Source of the DNA: Candidatus Micrarchaeota archaeon
Lineage (GTDB): Archaea > Micrarchaeota > Micrarchaeia > Norongarragalinales > UBA97
Length of the DNA stretch: 46,576 nt
NCBI GenBank assembly: GCA_021782355.1
Contig: JAJXUZ010000001.1
Coordinates: forward strand, 1 to 46,576
Direction: 5' to 3'
Position 1 is the first letter of the stretch, and each line of letters opens with the position of its first letter. A program made the translations under genes and the position numbers. The notes under the pieces were generated by a model. The model was not told the origin of the DNA and searched no databases. It saw only the letters and a program-made list of their open reading frames with translations. Shown here piece after piece: positions 35,510 through 43,314 of this stretch.

Positions 35510-36577
35510 TTGAAATTTTTTAAATTGGACAAAGAACCCAATACTTACAAAATTACTCCTTCTACTATTGAAGATTTATACTATCTATCTCGGATAATAT
35601 CAAAGAACGATGTAGTTGAGGCTGATTCATTTAGACGACACAAATCAAATTTAGCAACCTCGGCTGATTCTCGTGCAAACAGCGGAGAAAAAAAACATGT
35701 TAGAATTAAAATAAGATGCGACTCTGTTGATTTTGCCGAATCATCAAATAAGCTTCGAGTAACCGGAGTAATAATTAGCGGAACACCTGAAGAATTTGTC
35801 CAAGTAGGTGATTTTCATACTCTTGATATTGAAATTTCCAACCAGTTCATCTTAACAAAAGAACTTGATTCACTAGATAGACAAATGATTGAGGATGCAA
35901 AAAAAGCATCAGTTGCACCAAAAGCATTACTTTTAATGATTGATGAACAGCAAGCAAATGCCTATTCTATTAATAGTCGCGGAATAAAACTTATTTTTGA
36001 AAATCACAATTCTGCTTCTAAAAGGGACCCTGCAACATTTGAGTCAATTAGAAATCAACACTATCATCAAATTCTACAAGGTTTAGTCCTACAAGACTCG
36101 CCATTTATCATAGTTGCCGGTCCGGGTTTTGAAGCAGAGACCTTTACCAAATATTGCAAATTAAAGGATGCAAAAACAGCTGCAAAAATTTCCACCATTC
36201 ACGCAAATTCAGTTGAAAAGTCCGCAGTAGCCGAATTAATCCGAGCAGGTTTGCTTGAAAAAATTATGGGCAAGCAAAAACTCCAAGAAGAATTTGATGC
36301 ACTTGAAATGCTTAAGAAAAGTCTTGGCAAATCAGACGGAATGGCAGTTTACGGATTAAGTCAAACTGCTCTTGCAATTGAAAATGGTTCAGTTTCTACC
36401 TTGTTGGTATTAGATAAGTTTCTTAGAGAAGACTCTGATGTTAAAAAATTAGTAGAAAAAGCAGCAAACCAATCAGTTAGAATTATAATTTTTAATTCTG
36501 AAGATGACGCCGGTTACGAATTCTCGGCATTTTTAATTGCCGGTCTTTTGCGTTACTCTACAAAATACGCTAATTAG
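35510..36577 (+). CDS. pelA: Pelota (Dom34 homologue, ribosome rescue / no-go decay)
   Basis: N-terminus MKFFKLDKEPNTYKITPSTIEDLYYLSRII and a central VAGPGFEAETF. eRF1-like three-domain length. TTG start. Confidence 0.85.
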   Translation: MKFFKLDKEPNTYKITPSTIEDLYYLSRIISKNDVVEADSFRRHKSNLATSADSRANSGEKKHVRIKIRCDSVDFAESSNKLRVTGVIISGTPEEFVQVGDFHTLDIEISNQFILTKELDSLDRQMIEDAKKASVAPKALLLMIDEQQANAYSINSRGIKLIFENHNSASKRDPATFESIRNQHYHQILQGLVLQDSPFIIVAGPGFEAETFTKYCKLKDAKTAAKISTIHANSVEKSAVAELIRAGLLEKIMGKQKLQEEFDALEMLKKSLGKSDGMAVYGLSQTALAIENGSVSTLLVLDKFLREDSDVKKLVEKAANQSVRIIIFNSEDDAGYEFSAFLIAGLLRYSTKYAN

Positions 36578-37130
36578 AACAATTTACAATTACTTGTTCA
36601 ACAACAGAATTATCAGAACCTTGCATAATTGTAACATTAAAGACTGAAGCAGTATTGTTAATACTTACATTATCTGTCTGACTAATTGGTATAGCAGAAA
36701 ATGCTTGTGAACTATTTGTAATAATCGTATAATTGAACTGACTAAGTAAACTTGCATTGCAAGTAGTTGACACCGTGGTTGTTTTTGTGCTTAACCCCAT
36801 ATAACCTTCACTTACCGCCGTTCCTGTAAGGTATTTAGATACATTGTTAAAATACCCTGGTGATAGTTTTTGGACATTGGTATTAAAGTTTCCAAATGTA
36901 TTTGCAAAACAACCACAACTAAGATAAGCAGCATCCACTTCGGATTCAATTTGACTTGAATTATAAAAGTTCGCAGCATCACTTGCCCTTTCATATACTT
37001 TTTTTGCAGAAAATCCTGCAATCACGGCTTGTTCAGTTGCACTAGTACTCCATTCCATTGCAATAATTGTAATTAGAGAGAGCATTGCCAAAGCCGCAAT
37101 CAATTGTGAAACAAATCCTCGCTTTATCAT
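36570..37130 (-). CDS. Pilin-like protein 6 (class III signal peptide)
   Basis: MIKRG|FVSQLIAALAMLSLITIIAMEW from ATG 37130. N-x-S/T- and Cys-containing soluble part. Confidence 0.55.
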   Translation of the reverse strand: MIKRGFVSQLIAALAMLSLITIIAMEWSTSATEQAVIAGFSAKKVYERASDAANFYNSSQIESEVDAAYLSCGCFANTFGNFNTNVQKLSPGYFNNVSKYLTGTAVSEGYMGLSTKTTTVSTTCNASLLSQFNYTIITNSSQAFSAIPISQTDNVSINNTASVFNVTIMQGSDNSVVEQVIVNCSN

Positions 37131-37132
37131 TT

Positions 37133-37537
37133 TCAACCAGTTGCCCAAACGCTATATTCGTAAGTAGTTCCATTAAATATGCTCTGAGTTCCATTAAGCA
37201 TCACTGTCTGTGTGGAACTCTTATTTAGATTACAATAAACGCTTCCACAACCCAAGATATAACCCGGCCAATAGAATTTTGCATACCAAGTAGGAGTGTT
37301 ATTCAAATTATTAGGATAAGTGGTATTGAGAATAATGTTTGTAGGTACAATGATTGAAGAAATATTTCCAGTTAAATTTTCCGAATAATTCAATACTAAA
37401 TAATCCCTTGCAATTTCTTGTGGTCCCCAAAATGAGTCCACCGGTGAACTTTGCGCCATTACGATAATTGCCCCTGCCATAATTACTGCAAAACCTATGG
37501 CCAAACCAGCATCAATTGATAATACAAATCCTTTCAT
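37133..37537 (-). CDS. Pilin-like protein 5 (class III signal peptide)
   Basis: MKG|FVLSIDAGLAIGFAVIMAGAIIV from ATG 37537. This start overlaps the upstream stop as ATGA. Confidence 0.6.
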   Translation of the reverse strand: MKGFVLSIDAGLAIGFAVIMAGAIIVMAQSSPVDSFWGPQEIARDYLVLNYSENLTGNISSIIVPTNIILNTTYPNNLNNTPTWYAKFYWPGYILGCGSVYCNLNKSSTQTVMLNGTQSIFNGTTYEYSVWATG

Positions 37538-37890
37538 TGACAAGTTGACACCGTTAAAGTACAAGAATTTGTCGTTGAATTACACGCTACTAATCTTTGC
37601 GTTACAAAAGTGTTTCCGCCATACAAATCGCAATTAAATGAGGCACAAGGACCAACTGTAGTTCCATTTCCATAATTTATGCAATACATATTAGGTGCAA
37701 TAAATGATTTGTTTTCAACTACCATTGCTGCAAGAGGGTCGGATAAACTTGAAGTGATTGATACTCTATTGACTGCGGAAGTTATACTTAGTTCACTTGA
37801 TTGTAAAATTGCACCAAGTCCAACAACTAAAATTGAAACTGCAATGATAAAATCTGCAGTAAAAACCTGACCTCTTAGTTTTCTTTTCAT
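37534..37890 (-). CDS. Pilin-like protein 4 (class III signal peptide)
   Basis: MKRKLRG|QVFTADFIIAVSILVVGLGAIL. Cys-rich C-terminal part. Confidence 0.65.
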   Translation of the reverse strand: MKRKLRGQVFTADFIIAVSILVVGLGAILQSSELSITSAVNRVSITSSLSDPLAAMVVENKSFIAPNMYCINYGNGTTVGPCASFNCDLYGGNTFVTQRLVACNSTTNSCTLTVSTCQ

Positions 37891-37900
37891 TTTAATTACT

Positions 37901-38359
37901 CTATATAGTTGTATTATTGCACATTCCTAAATTCAATGCCACTCCGTTTGAATAATTTGAAATACAGGCATAAGGCCCATCCTCACTTGTGCATTCATAA
38001 ATTATTGTGCTATTTGATGAGCATAAAAGTTGTCTTGTGGTATTTATGCTATTATTTTCAACAAGAGCAACAGTGAGCACTCCATTATTGGCAGTAACGT
38101 TTACCGGAATCATCTCTCCCTCATTACTTGCGCAAGGAAGTATGTACGTAATGCTTTCATTGTATGCGCATCCATAATTAAAGACGCGGGCAGTGCTTGT
38201 AGCAATAGAGTTTAATTGTTGGTAGTTTGAAGCGGTGCCAATCGAATTAACGTACAATGATGCATAATTATTCACCCAAACCAAAACAACGACAAACAAT
38301 GAGATTGCCACAAACATTTCAATGGCGACTTGACCAGCAAAATATCTGTTTTTTATCAA
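37901..38359 (-). CDS. Pilin-like protein 3 (class III signal peptide)
   Basis: MIKNRYFAG|QVAIEMFVAISLFVVVLV. Seven Cys residues and several sequons. Confidence 0.65.
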   Translation of the reverse strand: MIKNRYFAGQVAIEMFVAISLFVVVLVWVNNYASLYVNSIGTASNYQQLNSIATSTARVFNYGCAYNESITYILPCASNEGEMIPVNVTANNGVLTVALVENNSINTTRQLLCSSNSTIIYECTSEDGPYACISNYSNGVALNLGMCNNTTI

Positions 38360-38370
38360 ATCAGTTACCT

Positions 38371-38748
38371 CTAATTAACCACACAGAAATCATTAAACAA
38401 TCCTGCTGCGCAATCACTTGTAGAATTTAATCCCGTTCCCCCCAATGACAAAGTTTGACTTATACTTTGCGCCATTGAAGCACGAAGTCCTTGGGAATAC
38501 ACTCTAGTGTTATTGTAAAAAACCGTAGGTGAAATAAAAATCGTATTGTTTGAACTTACGTTATAAGTTAATGAATCTAAAACTAAACTGGAATTTGCCA
38601 ACACATAATCTAATGCACTTATTCTAGCTGATGCGAGGGCTATTGATATCTCATCATTCTTTAAAGCAGGCAACATTATCCCCGTTGCAAGTGCCATAAT
38701 TAGACCCAATCCAATAATATAGTCTGAACTGGTTTGGCCTCTTAGCAT
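38371..38748 (-). CDS. Pilin-like protein 2 (class III signal peptide)
   Basis: MLRG|QTSSDYIIGLGLIMALATGIM. Confidence 0.65.
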   Translation of the reverse strand: MLRGQTSSDYIIGLGLIMALATGIMLPALKNDEISIALASARISALDYVLANSSLVLDSLTYNVSSNNTIFISPTVFYNNTRVYSQGLRASMAQSISQTLSLGGTGLNSTSDCAAGLFNDFCVVN

Positions 38749-38749
38749 C

Positions 38750-39211
38750 TTAAGCCTCCTTATTGCAGTTTACATTAACTACTCCATTACTATTCTGCAC
38801 ATTAACCAAATACCAACCAAACTCATTAACTGTAACTTGACAATTAGTAAGGTTGATTGATTGTGTTAGTAACTCCCTACTATTCACCCTTCCATTTAGC
38901 AACGGGTCCACATCACACTGATAAACCGTTTGAGAATTTGTTCCGGATTGTGGAAAACTAGTATTTAAGATAAAACAAGCACTTGCTTGCGGTACGAATA
39001 TTCTTCCAGTTTCTACTGAGCCATTACCTTCTAAATAAACAAGATTAGTCCAAGTAGCCATAGAATCCAAACCTGCTCTTGCTACCGAAGCTCTTTGTAA
39101 TGCAGAAAGTGTATCTAATGAAGAACTAGCTGTTGCTAGAATCGAGGCGGCAAGAGCAAAACTAAACGCAATGACAAAAAAGAATTCTACGCTGGATTGT
39201 CCGCGATTCAT
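38750..39211 (-). CDS. Pilin-like protein 1 (class III signal peptide, QxSxE type)
   Basis: MNRG|QSSVEFFFVIAFSFALAASIL. Confidence 0.7.
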   Translation of the reverse strand: MNRGQSSVEFFFVIAFSFALAASILATASSSLDTLSALQRASVARAGLDSMATWTNLVYLEGNGSVETGRIFVPQASACFILNTSFPQSGTNSQTVYQCDVDPLLNGRVNSRELLTQSINLTNCQVTVNEFGWYLVNVQNSNGVVNVNCNKEA

Positions 39212-39224
39212 TTGTTCTCCTTAT

Positions 39225-40235
39225 TTAAAATTTAATAATCAAAGTCATTATTAAGAATCCTAAAGCTATTGATGGCGCATAAGCCAAGGATTCTTTGATT
39301 ATTATTTCCTTTACGTCTTTTAAGTTCTTTAATTGAACTATTTGTTCATTTGTTATGCCGCCAGCATCCAAACAATCCACAATTGTTTTTTGTGGCGGAC
39401 TAATTCTTTCTAATCCATTTTTGTCTAATTTGGTGGCAAGCATTAACATTTTATTCAAAGAAGGAGGAATCCAATATTCAACTTTTCCAGCGTCATTTAA
39501 GTAAATTGAAGAATAAGGAATATCTCCTTCTTTTAATTCTTCAATTTTTTTACTAGTCCTCAATACTTTTGGAGATAATACTAAAAACGAACCAATTAGA
39601 ATTGATGTAATAAAAGTAATTAACGCACCTACAATAAATCCAGTTAAAAACAATTCCCAAGATAAATATGCCGATGCTATTGCAAGTACAAAAAGCGGAA
39701 GTTTAAGATTCTTTATAATTAATACTGATGCAAACAAACCCACCACTAATGAATAAATTGGCGAGTATCGATAAACTGACGCACCTATTCCTGCAGCAAA
39801 TGCCGCCCAAAATGCATTTTGTAAAGAAGAATCAACTTTTTGAAAAACATATTTTCTATTTTCAAATATTTTCTTCCAATAAACTGCAATTGCAACTGGG
39901 ACGATTAAGATTGCACTTATAATGAAAATAAAAATTATGTAAATCAAATTACTATTAAATAGGGCGAACCAAGCACACATAGCAGTAAAGAACTTTACAT
40001 CTCCTCCGGCCCACCCTCCCATTTTGTAAATCAAATAAGAAAATAAGAATCCTATAATTGTAAATATTGCAAAACCAATCAAATTCAATTTAAAAATTAT
40101 AGCTATGATTGCACTAACAATTATAGAGCTATAATTTAGCCAATCATAAATCATTCTTTCCTTTAAGTCTGTATAAATAGCTATTAAAGAAAAAATCACG
40201 GGAAAGATTAATAGTAAAAATGGAACCCCGTTCAT
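39225..40235 (-). CDS. A24-family prepilin peptidase (EppA/PibD-like, paralogue 2)
   Basis: First Asp in IYTDLKERMIYD, second in MGGWAGGDVKFF, terminal AYAPSIALGFL. Polytopic, with a soluble insert before the last TM. Embedded in the pilus locus. Confidence 0.8.
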   Translation of the reverse strand: MNGVPFLLLIFPVIFSLIAIYTDLKERMIYDWLNYSSIIVSAIIAIIFKLNLIGFAIFTIIGFLFSYLIYKMGGWAGGDVKFFTAMCAWFALFNSNLIYIIFIFIISAILIVPVAIAVYWKKIFENRKYVFQKVDSSLQNAFWAAFAAGIGASVYRYSPIYSLVVGLFASVLIIKNLKLPLFVLAIASAYLSWELFLTGFIVGALITFITSILIGSFLVLSPKVLRTSKKIEELKEGDIPYSSIYLNDAGKVEYWIPPSLNKMLMLATKLDKNGLERISPPQKTIVDCLDAGGITNEQIVQLKNLKDVKEIIIKESLAYAPSIALGFLIMTLIIKF

Positions 40236-40263
40236 TTTGATTCTTTTATTTTTAATTTTTGAT

Positions 40264-40299
40264 AAAAAAATAGGGAATAAGGGATTTATGTCCCTTATT
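40264..40299 (-). terminator. Perfect 9-bp hairpin plus T7 tract directly after the last short pilin gene
   Basis: AATAAGGGA (40276-84) and TCCCTTATT (40291-99) with a 6-nt loop. On the minus-strand transcript the hairpin is followed by CCCTATTTTTTTATC (A7 at 40264-70 on the plus strand). Confidence 0.55.
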
Positions 40300-40471
40300 A
40301 TCTTACTAACATCGCAATGGTGTTATTTTGTTCTATTTGAACTCTAGATGTTACTGCAGTAGAAAGTCCATTGAGTTGCAAAGCAACTCCGATTCCTACT
40401 AGCAGCACTACTAAACCCAACGCAATAAGGAGAATGTATTCGGCAGCAGTTTGCGCTCGTTGCGATGCCAA
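40298..40471 (-). CDS. Short Flp-like pilin, 57 aa (not in ORF track)
   Basis: TTG 40471 lies 6 nt after AAGGAG. Translation: MASQRA|QTAAEYILLIALGLVVLLVGIGVALQLNGLSTAVTSRVQIEQNNTIAMLVR. Confidence 0.7.
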   Translation of the reverse strand: MASQRAQTAAEYILLIALGLVVLLVGIGVALQLNGLSTAVTSRVQIEQNNTIAMLVR

Positions 40472-40502
40472 CTTAATTCTCCTTTTTGCTGATTAGTTAA
40501 AC

Positions 40503-40712
40503 TTAACCAATCTTTCCGCTTGCGTTGAAACAACCACTTGCATTACAAGTGAAGTTCACTTCGTTAGTGTATTGTCCAGTACTTGATTGTAACTGAGCAT
40601 TTGCCGAAGGCAATACTGAGTTTCTCAAGATGAGAATTGCGATTACTGCGATTAATATAATTCCTGCTAATAGCAATACGTACTCGAATGCGCCCTGTGC
40701 TTTTTGATTCAT
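40503..40712 (-). CDS. Short Flp-like pilin, 69 aa (major pilin candidate)
   Basis: MNQKA|QGAFEYVLLLAGIILIAVIAILIL. Three sequons and two Cys in the tail. Strong SD GGAGGT (40725-20) lies 7 nt before the ATG, and the gene has its own AT-rich upstream region. Confidence 0.8.
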   Translation of the reverse strand: MNQKAQGAFEYVLLLAGIILIAVIAILILRNSVLPSANAQLQSSTGQYTNEVNFTCNASGCFNASGKIG

Positions 40713-40719
40713 TTATTTG

Positions 40720-40772
40720 ACCTCCAAATAAAATATGATTGTAGGTAATTATTGATATTTAATTTATAAATA
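40720..40772 (-). promoter_or_regulatory. Candidate internal promoter (TATA-like TTTATAAATT) and SD for the 69-aa pilin
   Basis: The 111-nt intergenic gap is the only long gap inside the locus. On the minus strand it reads ATATTTATAAATTAAATA about 50 nt upstream of the ATG, then GGAGGT. Confidence 0.3.
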
Positions 40773-40823
40773 TTTGGATTAAACATTCTTTTAATTTTTT
40801 TAAGTATTTCTATTATATTTCTC

Positions 40824-41018
40824 TTAAGTTGTATTCGATAAATTATCAATTATTTGTCTAACTGATGAAGAATTTGTAGATATTCTATTTTGAGTGGGGG
40901 CAATTAGATTATATCGTACAATTAAAGTAACGATTGCAACAAAAAGCATCACTCCTCCTATAAGCATAATGAATTCAAGTGAAGTTTGTGCTTTTTGATT
41001 ACTTGAAAATAAATTCAT
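40824..41018 (-). CDS. Short Flp-like pilin, 64 aa
   Basis: MNLFSSNQKA|QTSLEFIMLIGGVMLFVAIVTLIV (exact QxSxE). Confidence 0.75.
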   Translation of the reverse strand: MNLFSSNQKAQTSLEFIMLIGGVMLFVAIVTLIVRYNLIAPTQNRISTNSSSVRQIIDNLSNTT

Positions 41019-41134
41019 CCGACCACGTATTTCTTAACAATGCCTGCAACCACTGCGGCAAAAAGTAAGCTTGCTCCGACTAATAATGCATATTCAATAG
41101 AGCCCTGAGCAAATCGGTTTTTTAATAATTTCAT
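41015..41134 (-). CDS. Minimal pilin-like peptide, 39 aa (not in ORF track)
   Basis: MKLLKNRFA|QGSIEYALLVGASLLFAAVVAGIVKKYVVG. Its ATG overlaps the upstream stop (TAATG) and its TGA overlaps the downstream ATG (ATGA). Confidence 0.6.
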   Translation of the reverse strand: MKLLKNRFAQGSIEYALLVGASLLFAAVVAGIVKKYVVG

Positions 41135-42096
41135 TAACAACTCCCTCCGTTACCAATAATGAAAGTACCCACTCTTTTACCTATTTCAAATACGGTAATT
41201 GAAATTAATATCATTAGTGGTATTCTTGAAACGTGTCTTAAGAATCTTCCTTCTTGAATTACTCCTACTGCCATTGCTCCTATGATTGCTTCAATTGCCA
41301 GAAATACCACTAACACCGTGTTTAAAAATCCAAGTTGGCTTGCCGGTGCACCTGGCACTGCACAAGCAATACCTGCTCCAATAAATCCTACTATGGTTAA
41401 TGAAAATCCAAAAATCATCGGGGAAATTCCAAGTGAAGACGCATAAATGAAAACCACCTGCATTGTAGTTCTCGACAGTCGCTCTCTTTTGAGTCTATTA
41501 ACTTCCCTTGAATCATCTGCAATTGCATTCATTGCATCTGCTAGTCCGGCTCCACTTTTCTTTGCATCATTGATGATAATTGCCGTCCTCTTGAAAAGTT
41601 TAGAGCCAGTATCTGTTGCCACTTCCATAAACATTTCTTCAAAAGGCCTTCCTCTTTGCAGTTGTGTCAAACCTTTAAGTAAATCATCACTTAGCGGACC
41701 ATAATTTGAACGTGCCACTTCATCAATTGCGGATTCAATTGTTCCTCCTGCCTTTAGAATAATTGAAATATGTCTTAATGCATTTGGAAGATTAGTTTCT
41801 ACTGCGCGAATTCTGCTATCGCGCATATTAAGTGGAATAACAACTGCTAAACTTAATACCGAAAAGAATGCGATAATTGCATAAGTAAACGGATTACTTT
41901 CATTATTTGGAAAAACTATGGATAGGTAATATCCAATTAAACCTACAACAATTGCACCAACGAAAACTGCAATTATAAATGTAGTAAATGGCATCTTGAT
42001 TCCAGATGACAAATAGTTTTTTTCTAATTCGTAGTAAGAAGTTTTAACTTTATACTCAATATTTGAAAAAAGTGATTCGTCGTTATTTTTTACCAT
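41134..42096 (-). CDS. Type IV filament platform protein, single T2SSF domain (TadC/EpdK-like)
   Basis: NLPNALRHISIILKAGGTIESAIDEVARSNYGPLSDDLLKGLTQLQRGRPFEEM plus flanking TM helices. Confidence 0.8.
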   Translation of the reverse strand: MVKNNDESLFSNIEYKVKTSYYELEKNYLSSGIKMPFTTFIIAVFVGAIVVGLIGYYLSIVFPNNESNPFTYAIIAFFSVLSLAVVIPLNMRDSRIRAVETNLPNALRHISIILKAGGTIESAIDEVARSNYGPLSDDLLKGLTQLQRGRPFEEMFMEVATDTGSKLFKRTAIIINDAKKSGAGLADAMNAIADDSREVNRLKRERLSRTTMQVVFIYASSLGISPMIFGFSLTIVGFIGAGIACAVPGAPASQLGFLNTVLVVFLAIEAIIGAMAVGVIQEGRFLRHVSRIPLMILISITVFEIGKRVGTFIIGNGGSC

Positions 42097-42105
42097 TTTA
42101 ATTCC

Positions 42106-43272
42106 TTAAGACATTGGTTCAAGTTGTTTAATGAAGAATAGTATAACTACCATCGCAAATGAAAGTCCAGAAAATATCAAAGTAATCATAAGCGGACTAA
42201 GTCCAGAACCTAAAATAGGAAGTTGTAAAATTGCAGTCATTATGGTAGTAACTACTGGAGCTACTACTGAAACCATAATGTAAACAATACTTACTAAGTT
42301 AAGTGATTCAGTAAAGTCTCTTACTTTCATTCTAGTTTCAAAAGCAACATCTTCTGCGATGGTGCTTATAATTTCAGAAATTTTTCCACCCGTTCTTAAC
42401 GAACGAACTATTTGAATGGTGGTTTGTTTAAGGCCTTGAGAATAAGTTCTTTCTGATAAATCCAGTAAAGCGTCTTCAGTTGACATTCCACTATCCATTC
42501 TCGCCAAAGTAGCTTGAAGTTCAGTTGATAAAACTCCATAGTCTGCACTGGCAACTGAAGAAAGTGCTTTTTGAAAACTCATTCCTGCTCCCATCTGTGT
42601 AGCCAAGTGTCTTAATGCAAAAGGTAGTTCTCTGTCAATTTGCCCTCCCCTTGATTTTGCCTTAAGGTTGGGGTAGGCCAAACCGACAATTCCAATTAAA
42701 ATAAATGAAAACAAACCGCTTACTAAAATTAGAAGTGACGTACTAAGTACATCTGAAATATTTAGAAAACCCGCAGTAATTCCAACAGCTGGAATTAAAA
42801 TCATTAGAAATATTGCAACGATTAAAGAAACCGTGCTTACTACTGCAACATAAGTTTCAGCATCCCATTTCATTCCGGCGCATTTTAATGAAGTTCTTAA
42901 TGAAGTGGAAATTGGTAAAGATGCAAGAAATTGAGAGAAAGTAAACAACACTCCTTCAAAAGACTGATAAACTTCACCAATAGCCTTTATCTTATCATCT
43001 GAATTATGAGGTTTGAAATCAACTCTTTTAAAATCAAGAGGAGAATTAGTAGAAACTCCCTCCACTCCTGCTTTAAGTTTTGCAATTCTTGAATCTAAGT
43101 TATTCTGAACATTAAGTTGCTTAGTTTTTTCAGTTGCTGCTTTAGTTAAATCGCTTCTAATTTTCTCTAAATCTTGTACATTGCTGTTTGTTGGAGTAGA
43201 ATCATCTGTCGCACCGATTTGATTAATCAAATCAATAATTCTTTTATCCCTTACAAACTTTTTTTCTACCAA
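42106..43272 (-). CDS. Type IV filament platform protein, single T2SSF domain (TadB/EpdJ-like)
   Basis: ELPFALRHLATQMGAGMSFQKALSSVASADYGVLSTELQATLARMDSGMSTEDAL plus TM helices. Confidence 0.8.
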   Translation of the reverse strand: MVEKKFVRDKRIIDLINQIGATDDSTPTNSNVQDLEKIRSDLTKAATEKTKQLNVQNNLDSRIAKLKAGVEGVSTNSPLDFKRVDFKPHNSDDKIKAIGEVYQSFEGVLFTFSQFLASLPISTSLRTSLKCAGMKWDAETYVAVVSTVSLIVAIFLMILIPAVGITAGFLNISDVLSTSLLILVSGLFSFILIGIVGLAYPNLKAKSRGGQIDRELPFALRHLATQMGAGMSFQKALSSVASADYGVLSTELQATLARMDSGMSTEDALLDLSERTYSQGLKQTTIQIVRSLRTGGKISEIISTIAEDVAFETRMKVRDFTESLNLVSIVYIMVSVVAPVVTTIMTAILQLPILGSGLSPLMITLIFSGLSFAMVVILFFIKQLEPMS

Positions 43273-43314
43273 TAACTTCCACCATTTTTGTTTGTTAGGA
43301 CATTAAACAAACAC

